A DNA stretch of 62,805 bases, filler included, from Octopus bimaculoides (GCF_001194135.2; 4 parts of 4 records of this genome joined end to end with filler, not necessarily neighbours in it), one strand, 5' to 3'; numbered from the whole stretch's first letter, positions 38,729 through 51,333 are shown. Translations and numbers: made by a program. Notes: generated from the sequence alone by a model not told the origin.

Positions 38729-40654
38729 ATATATGTATCTGTGTATATATCGATATATGTATATATGTGTGTGTGTATGTATATATATGCGCATACACAT
38801 AAGTATAAATGATTATATACGTTCATCTCAATATTTTCATAGAAACACAGGATTAACCCCTTTTATAATGCCTTTTTATTACATAACATTCCTCTCCCAA
38901 ATTTTTTTATTGGATTTATATCATCCTATCTACTCCCAACTCTACACTCTGAATTTTCCTTTTCTTTTTTTTTTTTCCTTTCTTGTCCAACGTACTATCT
39001 GGTAGCGTCCTAATCTCCAATGGTTTTTTCAAATGAATTACGTTATAACCTTATCCAACTATTGTTCTCATACTCGGTTATAATGTCTTACGTTTAAGCT
39101 GGTTCCCATACATTTCCCTGAGGAGAAGTTTACATTTTTAACATCACCGATTCCTATGGATCGCATAAATTGTAATTCTTCGAAACATATGTCGGAATAA
39201 AAGTATGCAGTTTACTCCATTCTTTAAATTTATATATACTCAAATACCCAAAATATCAAGGAGTTTCTGCCTCACAAACAGAAGTTACACCACAGTTATA
39301 TTGTGATATTTGCTACCCTGGTATCTATTAACCCATTTATTTTATCCGAATTATTTTTAATAGGAGAAAATAAATACATATAATTAAATATGTATATNNN
39401 NNNNNNNNNNNNNNNNNNNNNNNNNNNNNNNNNNNNNNNNNNNNNNNNNNNNNNNNNNNNNNNNNNNNNNNNNNNNNNNNNNNNNNNNNNNNNNNNNNNN
39501 NNNNNNNNNNNNNNNNNNNNNNNNNNNNNNNNNNNNNNNNNNNNNNNNNNNNNNNNNNNNNNNNNNNNNNNNNNNNNNNNNNNNNNNNNNNNNNNNNNNN
39601 NNNNNNNNNNNNNNNNNNNNNNNNNNNNNNNNNNNNNNNNNNNNNNNNNNNNNNNNNNNNNNNNNNNNNNNNNNNNNNNNNNNNNNNNNNNNNNNNNNNN
39701 NNNNNNNNNNNNNNNNNNNNNNNNNNNNNNNNNNNNNNNNNNNNNNNNNNNNNNNNNNNNNNNNNNNNNNNNNNNNNNNNNNNNNNNNNNNNNNNNNNNN
39801 NNNNNNNNNNNNNNNNNNNNNNNNNNNNNNNNNNNNNNNNNNNNNNNNNNNNNNNNNNNNNNNNNNNNNNNNNNNNNATATATATATATATATAAATGAA
39901 TGTCTTTCTGTGTACTGATGTGTGTATCTGAATGTTTCAAAATGTATGTGTAGTTTAGTCTGTATAACATGTACGCTGTTTACGTCTCGTTCACCACTGA
40001 TTAAGTTCTTAAACTTTTTGTCTTCTTTTCCTTCTCCTCCTTCTTTTTTTTCTTCTTCTTCGTAGAAATCTGCTACGTCTAAAACCTCTTCTATGCAAAT
40101 CACAACCACGTCTGCCAAGATAACTATCATCATCTTCGTCCACCTTATCACCTTCATGAATCACATTTTCTCTGTAATCTTTCTCAATCATAAACATCAT
40201 CAATTTCATGTTCGTACTCTTTATCATTAACATCATTCATTACCACAAAATACCACCATTAGATGTAGACTATTCAATACTAGAGTGCTAAACCTTTCTT
40301 CTCCATTATCAGAATATTCAACATTAACAACATCACACTCATCATTAGAATCATGACACCTTCATCATCAACACGGCCACCATATATCATTCTCCTCCAT
40401 CTCATCATCATATTCATCACTACCACCTCCACAACGTCTATTACCAACTCTATCACTACCACTATCCTCCTCTTCCTCATCCTCCTCATCCTCATCATCA
40501 TCATTATCAACGTCATCATTGCTGTCATTATCTTCGTTGAATTAATGATCATCGTGATCTACTTTCCAGCCCTTCCAATATCTAATCGATTTGCCAAAAT
40601 TCCTTCACAAATATGTTCTATGCAAATTCTTATTAACCTACTTTTATGTTCCAG

Positions 40655-40726
40655 ATCTTTGAGTTCTAATGATATCAATGAAATCAGAGCAGACACCTTC
40701 CGAAATCTCTCCAGTTTAACAGATCT
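40655..40726 (+). CDS. LRR exon C (72 nt, phase 2-2)
   Basis: ttccag|A...GAT CT|gtaagt; SLSSNDINEIRADTFRNLSSLTD(L). Confidence 0.92.
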
Positions 40727-42069
40727 GTAAGTCGAATAATTTCTTTTATACTATATCGTTGAAGATGTTTCTAAAACTAATATATTCACATTCTTCATTT
40801 CAACTTCCCTGACCACTTTTTCTAAATATGTGTTGTATTCTTTGTGAATCTGTTTGTGCATGTAAGCCCATTTCTTACATGTGGGATTATATGAGTGCGT
40901 GAGAGTTAAGAGGAAATACTGAGTGCTTGTATGTGTATGTCTGTGTGTATGTGTAAAATATGTCTTTGTTCAAAGTGTGTGTGTTATAGTCTGTGGAATT
41001 CTGTGAATGTGAGTGATGTCCTCAGATTTGGAATATATGCTTGTGTGTGTGTTCGTGAATTGAGGGGAAACGTTTATTGCAAGTTTGTTCATGAATATCT
41101 GTATGCCTCTCTATCTCTGTATATGGATGCGTGCATGAGAGTGTATCAATGTGTTTGTGTAAGTCTGTCTGTATATGATGCACAGTGTTTACGTCTCTGT
41201 CACCATTGGTTATCATCCTAGACTTTCCGTATTCCATTTCTTCTGTTTACTCTTTTGTTGTTCTCCTTCATCTACTTTTTCTAATACTTCATCTTCTGAT
41301 TCTTCTTTTTACTATTGTTTTTCTAGTTCTACCCTTCTTTCTCTTCCACTTTCGTATTGTTCTTCTTTTGTTCTTCTCTTACATCTCATCCGCCTTCCTC
41401 TGCCACTTTATTCGTTTTTGTCATGAGCTTTACCAATTTTGTTTCCATGCTCCTCACCTTCTACAAACCCTTCCCTTNNNNNNNNNNTATTTAAAATTTA
41501 TTTAAAAGGTATTTTAATCGTGAGTTAAATTCTTTAGTCAGTGGACAATTATTTTATTTTATTTTATCTTCATATTATATATTTGTCTAGTAGGACTGGT
41601 ACTTTGAATTTTTAGTCGCTTTATTTTTACTTTTAGACCTTTTGTATTATATTATATAAAATATATATCTTACGTTTTTATATATACACTTGCTGGCTTC
41701 CGGTATACGGAGTTCTTGACTGGTAGCACTTGCATGTGCAAGTTGTTTGCAAGACACATATATTCAACTCGAATTAGATACATTTGTATTTTATTAGTAT
41801 ACATGCTTTTTAAAATTGGACATTATATATATATATATGTATTATTTATATATTATATACTTTCATGTGTGTTTGTGGAGCAAGGCGTATTTTTTATATA
41901 TGATTGTTTGAGGGGTGGTGTTTTTGTTGAGTCGTTGACCCGAACATAATGTTTTTTATTCTGTTACTAATGCCTTTTTTATCCTAGCCTTATTTATATT
42001 TGAGCACTTCTTTCGCTATCCTATATAAAACGTTTTTGTTTTTTAATAGGAGACAAATATTATTACTGT

Positions 42070-42128
<59 letters not shown>

Positions 42129-42731
42129 ATATACACACTTGAAGAACCATGATGACTGTCCCTTTCGTTTTCGTCATCTTTTCTTCCTCCTTCCAAATTT
42201 CCACCTCAAAATTTGTTTTCAATTTAGTCTTCAACTATTTATATGTTGTTTATCAGTTTATTAATTTCTTCCTTCATCTTCACTTCCGTCTTAAATTCTG
42301 ACCAGTTAAGTTATGTATTTTGACATCACCATCATAAATCAACAACATTTCCATCATCATCATTACCATCATCCCCATCACCATCATCTTCAACAGAATC
42401 ATCACCGATACAACAGTCCTCATCACAATCATCGTCAACATCAGCGTAATTATCCTCATCAACACCATTATTACAAATATCACCATCATCATCATCAGCA
42501 ATAGCAACATGATCTTCAACGTACTACCACCATCCTCCTGTCTTCGTCTCATCACCATAATCATGACTACCACTAATACCTCCATCCACCTCCTCCTCCT
42601 TTTATCCTCATATTACCATTTATATTACCTACTTTCTTTTTCTTCCAGCAAGTATTTGTGTAGCCATAATATTTTATGTAATACAGCGCGTCTATACTTT
42701 CTCCTATCAACTGAATTTTATTATGTTACAG

Positions 42732-42803
42732 ATACTTGCAGAATAATAAGATCGAAAAAATTGAAGTAAGATTCTGCCGTGATTTGCCCAGTTTAAGTAA
42801 ACT
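42732..42803 (+). CDS. LRR exon D (72 nt, phase 2-2)
   Basis: ttacag|A...AAA CT|gtaagt; YLQNNKIEKIEVRFCRDLPSLSK(L). Confidence 0.88.
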
Positions 42804-43939
42804 GTAAGTTAAATAAGTCTTGTTCATAATATTCCATTGACAATATATTACTCATTCTTTAAACCCTTCGCATTTCCGTTCGCACCACGTCTTTGTGTGA
42901 TTGTTTGTGTCTGTAAATATGTGTGTCCGTGAGTGTGTAAATCTGAATATGTGTTGGTATGTATAACATTTTTTGTTCCAACTAACCCTTATCAACTCCA
43001 AATTCCCTTCTTTACTACTACTAACACTACTACTACTACTATTACAGATACCACTATGTGTTTGACGCTTTTCAGATTTCTCACTCTCCATTGACATAAA
43101 CATACATAAAGAACGTATGCTTTTTATCCCTCTTCTATTCGTTTTTTTCTTTTTCTTCTTATTCTTTTTTTATCTTTTTCTTCTTCGCCGTCTTCTTCTA
43201 TGCCTTCTTCTTCGTTTTCTTCTTCTTCTTCTTCTTCTTCTTCTTCTTCTTCTTCTTCTTCTTCTTCTTCTTCTTCTTTCTTCTTTCTCTACTTTTTCTT
43301 TCGTCTTCTCTTCTGCTGCTTCTCCCTGTTATTTTTCATAGATTATTTCTATTTCTCGTTCTCTTTTTATCTTCTTCTTTTCTCCTTCCTACTTTTCTGT
43401 TTCTTCTGCTTATTCTCTTTCTTACTTTTCTTATTCTTCGTTTTCGTCTTCGTCTTCTACATCATCTACTTGTTCCGAGTTCTCTTCTTTTTTTCTCCTT
43501 TTTCTTCTCCAACTTTTAATTCATCTTATCCCCGTAATTATCCTCATCAACATCATTCTTAGTTTTTTTCTTCCTTTTTTCGAACTCTTCTTCTTCCTTC
43601 TCTTCTGTTTATCCTTTCTTCTACTTTCTCTTCTATTTCATCTTCTTCGTCTTCTTCATCTTGTTCTTGTTGTTCTTCTTCGTCTTCTACTTTGTCTTCT
43701 TTTCCTTTTTCTTATTCGTTTTCTTCATCTACTTTTTTTTCTTAGTCTCTAAATATTCTACTACTTCTTTATCTTTCTCTTGTACTCCTTTTTCTCCTGT
43801 TTTTTCGTCTTTTTTATTCTTCTTATCACCTACCTCTTTTCCTCCCCGTTTTTATTCTCTTGCCCGTTTGTTCTTTTTTTATATTTCTCTTTCTTACACT
43901 TTTCTCTCTTCTCCTATACCTTCTTCTTCGTCGTATTAT

Positions 43940-45445
43940 TCAGTACAAAAAATGCCTTCCGAGGTTTTTCCACGGAATATAACATCTCTTATCTTTTCGC
44001 CCATAAGATGAAATTTTTTCCTGCAACACCAAGTACAATTTTCGAAATTCCTTTAAATCTAGGTTTCCCTATTCTGCTCCATGTATCTGCATTAATTATC
44101 GTGATATCCAATTGTAACTTTATGTTCACATTATTCATTTATATGAACACAAATTTAGTTTTCTGCGCTTCACCCACGATTTCTGATGACAATACATTTA
44201 TGCCATATTTTTTTCGTTCGAATGTTTTTGTTTCGCTTTACAATGTCAGCTTTTTTGGCCAGTTTTTCCACATTCAAAACATTTTCGGTTTTTAAATGGT
44301 CGGGTACTTTCAAAATGTAAGCTTGCGCACACATAGCATGGATTCGGTCTTCAGATTGTTTTTTTCTTTTATTTTATCCTTTACACGCATGAGTATGAGA
44401 ACAATCTTTTTCTTAAATTTTATCTTAGCCTTGGCTTAGAATTATAATCCACTGGAATTCTTATCCTACTGCCTGCAGAGTTAAGTCTGAGTCCTGTTCT
44501 AATTTTGTTAATATCCGAGAACGTATATATGCATCTCTGCTTGCATTTAACCATTGGGCACAAATTAGGCATTTGAATAGATCAGGGGTTAATTCATATA
44601 ATTTGAATTTTTCACACACTCTGTTAAACACCCAGCATATGTGACAAAACCTCCATCATCATTTTTTTTGACCAAATTTAAACACTGCCAGTGAGTATTG
44701 AACAGGGAACTTCTTGCAGGGATTATTTTCGATAAAATATTGTTTCATCGAAACAAACCTGACCTGCTTTCTTCGGCATAATATAGTAACTATATTTTTC
44801 TTGTTAAGCAGGGGGAAAACTTTCTTCAAACAGTCGTAATTGTTCTCGTCAAACCAATGTTCATGTCCTTCTTTGAAAATGTCTTTGTATCTTCGAAATG
44901 CAGAGAAGGTAATCACTTCTCAATTATAACTGATTTCTTCAGTTGAATTGGTTATACTCTCCTGCGAGGAAAAACCTGCATTATTTTCCGACTTCTTCAG
45001 CATTAATTCCAGTATCTGTTGGATTTGTTGTTGTTCCTGTTGTAATTGCTATTGTTGGTGCAGCTGTTGTTAATGCAACTTCGCCAGAGGATCGAATATA
45101 TCTTCGATGTAAAACGATTTTCTTTTGGATTCGTACTGAAAGGTAAAAATATATACTCCGAACGCAAGCATCAAACAACTCTTCGCCACTTTTATACCGT
45201 GGATTTTAGATATATAATTTAAAGTCGAGGGAAATAAAGTAATCACCCGACTCCTTACGATTATTGTTATGCAAGGTTAAAAGATCTCTGCCAAAAGCTC
45301 GCAGTGAACTGCTTACCAACCTATGGCTCACGATCAATTGCTGACGACTTGGCAATTGTCTTTCATAGAAAATTGTCAGTCCATTTGGGTCACTTGAGAT
45401 CACAAGGCCGGAATAACTTACCAACTAAAATTTACCGACGAAGAT
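43940..45445 (-). mobile_element. Decayed Ty3/Gypsy LTR retrotransposon fragment (LTR remnant, PBS, gag, protease)
   Basis: Minus strand, with stops and frameshifts: TFSAFRRYKDIFK, SSLFNTHWQCLNLVK, EKFKLYELTPDLFKCLI..RSRILTKLEQD, zinc knuckle CFECGKTGQKS*HC, protease-like KLQLD-ITIINADTWSRIGKP; PBS-like AAAAGTGGCGAAGAG near 45180-45195. Outer limits approximate. Confidence 0.82.
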
Positions 45446-45457
45446 TTTTAATTGCAG

Positions 45458-45529
45458 ATATTTGAATGAAATTAATATCGCAAAATTTCAGGCAGGAACC
45501 TTCGGTGACATGCCCAGTTTAGGATATCA
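45458..45529 (+). pseudogene. Decayed LRR exon F (D-like), donor lost
   Basis: ttgcag|A TAT TTG AAT GAA ATT AAT ATC...CCC AGT TTA GGA TAT CA|ttacgt; YLNEINIAKFQAGTFGDMPSLGY. Exactly 72 nt to the expected donor, which reads TTACGT instead of GTAAGT; conserved Asn replaced by Ile. Confidence 0.75.
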
Positions 45530-45882
45530 TTACGTTGCATTACTGAATAATTAAGACTTTCCCGCATCTCTGTCTCTCTTAACATTTTAAATTCTTATTT
45601 TGATATAAATGTGTCACTGTTTGTGAATGTCTGTAAAAATGTGTATGTGAGTTTGTGTGAATATAAATATGGAGTGGCCTGTATAACATTTTTCTGTATG
45701 TATGTGAATATATATGTGAATGTATATATAAGGACCACTGAGGAGGTCACAAAAGTGTGACGAAAAAACTCTGGCCGAAATAAGATTAATGTAATATAAA
45801 GCTGAAGCAAATTAACACCAAATATACAGTGCGTGTGTTTTTATTGGCTAAACTGGAAATATGACCATCCCCAAGTACAACA

Positions 45883-45933
<51 letters not shown>

Positions 45934-46095
45934 CATNNNNNNNNNNNNNNNNNNNNNNNNNNNNNNNNNNNNNNNNNNNNNNNNNNNNNNNNNNNNNNNN
46001 NNNNNNNNNNNNNNNNNNNNNNNNNNNNNNNNNNNNNNNNNNNNNNNNNNNNNNNNNNNNNNNNNNNNNNNNNNNNNNNNNNNNNNNNATGTATA

Positions 46096-46131
<36 letters not shown>

Positions 46132-46794
46132 TGTATGATTGCATGTATGTATGTATGTATACACGTATACGTAAATTATAATAAAGGGTAAAAATCAGTA
46201 ATGATTTTACCAGTGTGGGTGTCAGCGCGAAAATAAAAAGCTTACAGGTAAATTTTACAAATATTTCATAATTATATACATAATTATAACAAGTGATTGG
46301 TTATAAGACTCTCCGTGCGCTGGAGAAATAGTTAACACTTTAAAATCTCTGAGAATAAGACAGTGTGTTGTAGGCGAGAAAAAGAAAGAAATGAATTAAA
46401 CGTTTGGTTAACTATGAAGAAGACACTATTTTATGCTTAGAGGACAAAAAATATATTGCCTACTGCTTTCATCAGAAACGATATTTCATAGCATAAATTT
46501 ACGAGTATCTACAAATACGCAAGCGAACCGCGTCAGCGCATAACCAATATACGTACAAACTCGTAGAAATATGCAGCAAAGTAGAATTAACCTTTCTCTT
46601 TTATAACCACCTGTAGTATGTCATGACATATTCTGCAGTTAATGCAGTTTTGTTCAAGGAGTAAAGTCTCAAATTTCTTTCAATCCGTGTGTCTCTAATT
46701 TCTGTCATATCACGTTCTTCCTTAATTATTTTTCCTGCTTTACATCAAGAATCCATTCCATACAAATTCTACTTAACTCAATTTTATTTGACAG

Positions 46795-46866
46795 GGATTT
46801 GGGTGGTAACCAAATCAAAGAAATCAAAGCAGAATCCTTCCAAAATCTTTCCAGTTTAGCAACTCT
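46795..46866 (+). CDS. LRR exon E (72 nt, phase 2-2)
   Basis: tgacag|G...ACT CT|gtaagt; DLGGNQIKEIKAESFQNLSSLAT(L). Confidence 0.92.
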
Positions 46867-47584
46867 GTAAGTTGAGTTCCTCTTGTTTATAGTATTTCAT
46901 TGATGACATGTTTCTTAGTATGTAATGTCTAACCATACTTTATTTCAATCTCCCTCGCGCGCTTTTACAGCTGCTGTCTGTAACGTAAGTGTGTTATTGT
47001 TATCGTGACGTTTCGGTGCCAAACATGTAGGGCATTAATATATACGTCTATATATTAAACATAAGGATACATTAAAATGTCTACCGCTAGAAATAAGAAT
47101 CAAAACCCTTATTTGGACAACCAGAAACGAGTCCACATATGTACATGTACCAATAAATATATATCTTTATGCTATACTTGTATGTGAATGTATTTTTCAG
47201 TCTGCTCGGAGAGTGTTAAATATTGTTTTCCGTGGATATATTTTGGGTGCTCCAAATAAGGGTTTTTACTCTCATTCCTAGCGGGTCGACACTTGAATGT
47301 ATCCTTAAGGTTAATATAATTTTAATTCTTGAGTTATATAATGGTGTTCATTAAGCCTGCCACCAGCTATATTAATGTTGCGCTTATTATCAACTATTTA
47401 TATTGCGTTCGATAATAAATAGCAATATTAATATCTTATAAATAATCGGTTCTGAATACTTTTTGCTGATAAACGTATATATGTNNNNNNNNNNNNNNNN
47501 NNNNNNNNNNNNNNNNNNNNNNNNNNNNTTAATTAATTAANNNNNNNNNNNNNNNNNNNNNNNNNNNNNNNNNNNNNNNNNNNN

Positions 47585-47751
47585 GAGACAACATGATCGA
47601 TGGTCTCATTTTGTTGTTGGCATATACGACATAATGGGGAGCTGCCGTTCTTTAATATGTTGGCCTGGTAGTTCTTTGTAGGTAGGCATTGATCTTGGGC
47701 TGCTATGATAAACCCGTCTGTTTCTGATTTCAAGCCAGAGGCCATTAACCA
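47585..47751 (-). mobile_element. Non-LTR retrotransposon C-terminal fragment (R4/Dong-like)
   Basis: WLMASGLKSETDGFIIAAQDQCLPTKNYQANILK...CRICQQQNETIDHVV: the ETEG..AAQDQ motif plus CCHC knuckle of RLE-type elements; cut by the linker. Confidence 0.7.
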
Positions 47752-47899
47752 TTGGTGGGTATATTATTATTATTATTATTGAGTGAGAGAGCATCAAAAT
47801 GACACTGGGGTAAAATATACGAAGCCCAGTATACCCATCATGACTACCTGTCTGGTAAGGGTACACTAGGCTCGTGCATCATAACCGTATCTCAAGAAG

Positions 47900-48200
47900 T
47901 TAGACGAGGTTTTTAGAAAAGGCATCGCGACCGACGTGCTCGTAGCGAAATTGGCATAGGACCAATTCTTCAACGCGAAGCACGAAAGTTGCGTTGTCAG
48001 AGCTAAGGCGCGAGCACTTAGACACGAAGGGATAAAAGCCGTTCAATAGGCCTAAGTGGCAGAAGCACGGCGTGGCAATAAATCTACGATCCAATCCTTG
48101 TCAAACCACGAAGGGCAAATTATAACTGATCCGGGACATGCGTGTAAGGCCTTTCAGTGGCGCTTCACACAATTATTATGGAGTCTGCATATTTTACAAT
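47900..48200 (+). mobile_element. L1/Tx1-like ORF2 fragment (EN-RT linker), decayed
   Basis: DQFFNAKHESCVVRAKARALRHEGIK...EARRGNKSTIQSL..HEGQIITDP...AFQWRFTQL with in-frame stops; family assignment from memory. Confidence 0.5.
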
Positions 48201-48926
48201 TTTCTCGTTTTCTTTACCATTAATTTAATGACCTCCTAGCCAAGCTACATCGATCAACAAGCACCTCCTTACAGTAGCTTTCTCCACCGGTGTTTTGTAT
48301 GTTCAAATGTTCAAGAACACCGTCTGGATTGTAAAATTGCGCAAGAGTTTCACAGAGTGACTTTCTGGAGCCTTCTTTGATTCATGCTGATACCATTTCT
48401 GAGTAGATAGAAACCCATATTTTTAGCATAAAGACAAGCGATGCAGTTCTATATATATAAGAGATGAGGAATTATGTACATTATTTACATTATTTACAAT
48501 TGACGGATATTTGTCCTCATCTTGTACCGGTTGTCAAGCGGTGGGAGGACTAACATACACACACATGAAAACATACACACACAGACATAAATACATACTT
48601 ACGACAGGCTTCTTTCAGTTTCCATCTACCGAGTCCACTCACAAGGCTTTGGTTGGCCAAAGGCTATAGTAGGAGACACTTGCCCAAAATGCTACGCAGC
48701 GGAATGAACCCAGAACCATGTAGTTGGGAAGCAAGCTTCTTACCACAGAGCTACGCCTATATTCTTTTATGCTTTTTATTCTTTTATTCTTGGAAGTATT
48801 TATATATAAAGGTCGATAAAATATAATTGCTCTATCCAGGTGATACTTTTTCAGGTAATTCATGTTTCGTTGTAATTTATTTTTCAATTATTTATCTTTT
48901 TATATGCAAGCAAATATGTTTGTTAT

Positions 48927-49150
48927 GTTCATCTTTCAAGAAAGGTCACTTCACATAAATTTGTGTGCAATAATTCATCTTCATCGAGTGGTCAACTCAC
49001 TTCAAATATGCGTACAATGTTCATCTTTAGAAAGAATGATCAATTTACTTTAAATGTGTATGCGATGCTTAACTGTGCAGAGTGATCAGTTCCCTCCAAA
49101 CATTAATTCGATGTTCATCCCTACAGAGTGGTCAGTTCATTACATAAATA
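48927..49150. repeat. Degenerate ~46-bp tandem repeat, ~5 units
   Basis: Recurrent GTTCATC.....AGAGTGGTCAGTTCAC...AAAT; ends at a family C SINE tail. Confidence 0.6.
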
Positions 49151-49860
49151 TATAACACACTCTCTCTTTTACTCTTTTACTTGTTTCAGTCATTTGACTG
49201 TGGCCATGCTGGAGCATCGCCTTTAGTCGAGCAAATCGACCCCAGGACTTATTCTTTGTAAGCCTAGTACTTATTCTATCGGTCTCTTTTGCCAAACCGC
49301 TAAGTTACGGGGACGTAAACACAGCAGCATCGGTTGTCAGGCGATTGGGGGGGGGGCAAACACAGACACACACACATATACACAAACATACATATATATA
49401 CATATATANNNNNNNNNNNNNNNNNNNNNNNNNNNNNNNNNNNNNNNNNNNNNNNNNNNNNNNNNNNNNNNNNNNNNNNNNNNNNNNNNNNNNNNNNNNN
49501 NNNNNNNNNNNNNTTTTTTTTTTTTTTGTCTTTGGTCAGTAAGTGTTATTTCCTATTTGATTCTATCTAGAAACCAAAGGAAGTGACTACTGTTCCCTTC
49601 AAACTTTGCTTCTGTGACCCAGACATCATTCTTTTGAAACTCACTTATTTTCCATAATATTTCAGACAAATTCAGCACTGAGTTGCTGAAGCAGAAATAT
49701 CGTTAAATTAAATAACTCAATAGCACAAATTTGCTTGTCAGTTGCTTGACTTTAACCACCTGAGCATGTCTATTAGTGGCTGACAATATGTGCATCTCTG
49801 ATCATTAGTAGGAGTAGTGGGAGAGCATCATAGCCATGTACTGAGAGGGATTCTTTGAGG

Positions 49861-50031
49861 TGTAAATATTTTTTCATACTTTCTAGTCATAAGCAAATAG
49901 GAAATAACAATTGCTAGTGAAAGACAGATATCGTGTCACAAAGTGTAAATATTTTTTCATACTTTCTAGTGATAAGCAAATAGGAAATAACAATTGCTAG
50001 TGAAAGACAGATATCGTGTCACAAAGTGTAA
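49861..50031. repeat. 83-bp direct tandem duplication
   Basis: 49861-49943 and 49944-50026 differ at one base (GTCATAAG vs GTGATAAG). Confidence 0.9.
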
Positions 50032-50461
50032 TTGTCTTTACAGAGTGGTCAGTTTGTTAGCTGATGTGAAATTTCATACAAAAAAACTGAAAGAAAGCAA
50101 CCCCTAGTGAATTTTCGGAATATTCCGAAGCAGGTGAAAGACGAAGGAAAAGATAATCAGGCTGCATGAGTTGTCGCATGGAAAACATTGCATGCAGCCC
50201 AGTCTTAGCGACCTGGTACTCAATGCTTATAACGTAGTGGACTCCACTAATGGCACTCAAAGTCCTGATGATGGTATTTAACCGAGCGATAGATTACATC
50301 AACCATTTAACAGAGACTGCTTCAGAAAAATGCTGTAAGGAAAGTTCAACATTATTTTTCTCTGAAGGAACCCTGCCAGACATGTTACAAGTCACGCCTT
50401 TGTAACTGTTACATGCATTTCTAAGTAAAACACAGTTATAGAAACACGCATACACAGTCAT

Positions 50462-50580
<119 letters not shown>

Positions 50581-51014
50581 TGAGTATAAATATATACACA
50601 CACACAAATATATATGTACGTGCGTATGTATGGAAGGATGTGTGTGCGTGTTGCTATCTGTAGGCACATGACTTTCTCAAACAAGTATGTTTTTCGTCGC
50701 AGTGCTTCCTAAATAAATAAACTGCAGAGCGCTATACCTGGGTGGCTTAAAATTAGAATAGTGACAACATGCCCACGAGCGATTCATATGAAAAATCGAC
50801 AAACATAGGCTTGATGTTGACTGAATGTATATGTCGTATATGTCGTACATGTCTATGTATGCATGTATGTATGTATGTATGTATGTATGTATATATATAT
50901 ATATATATATATACATACATATATATATATAGAAAGAGAGAGAGGGGAACGAGAGAAAGATAGACATACATGTTTATACATATTAAGGTATTTATACATA
51001 TGCATAGATATGTA

Positions 51015-51047
<33 letters not shown>

Positions 51048-51298
51048 NNNNNNNNNNNNNNNNNNNNNNNNNNNNNNNNNNNNNNNNNNNNNNNNNNNNN
51101 NNNNNNNNNNNNNNNNNNNNNNNNNNNNNNNNNNNNNNNNNNNNNNNNNNNNNNNNNNNNNNNNNNNNNNNNNNNNNNNNNNNNNNNNNNNNNNNNNNNN
51201 NNNNNNNNNNNNNNNNNNNNNNNNNNNNNNNNNNNNNNNNNNNNNNNNNNNNNNNNNNNNNNNNNNNNNNNNNNNNNNNNNNNNNNNNNNNNNNNNNN

Positions 51299-51333
<35 letters not shown>

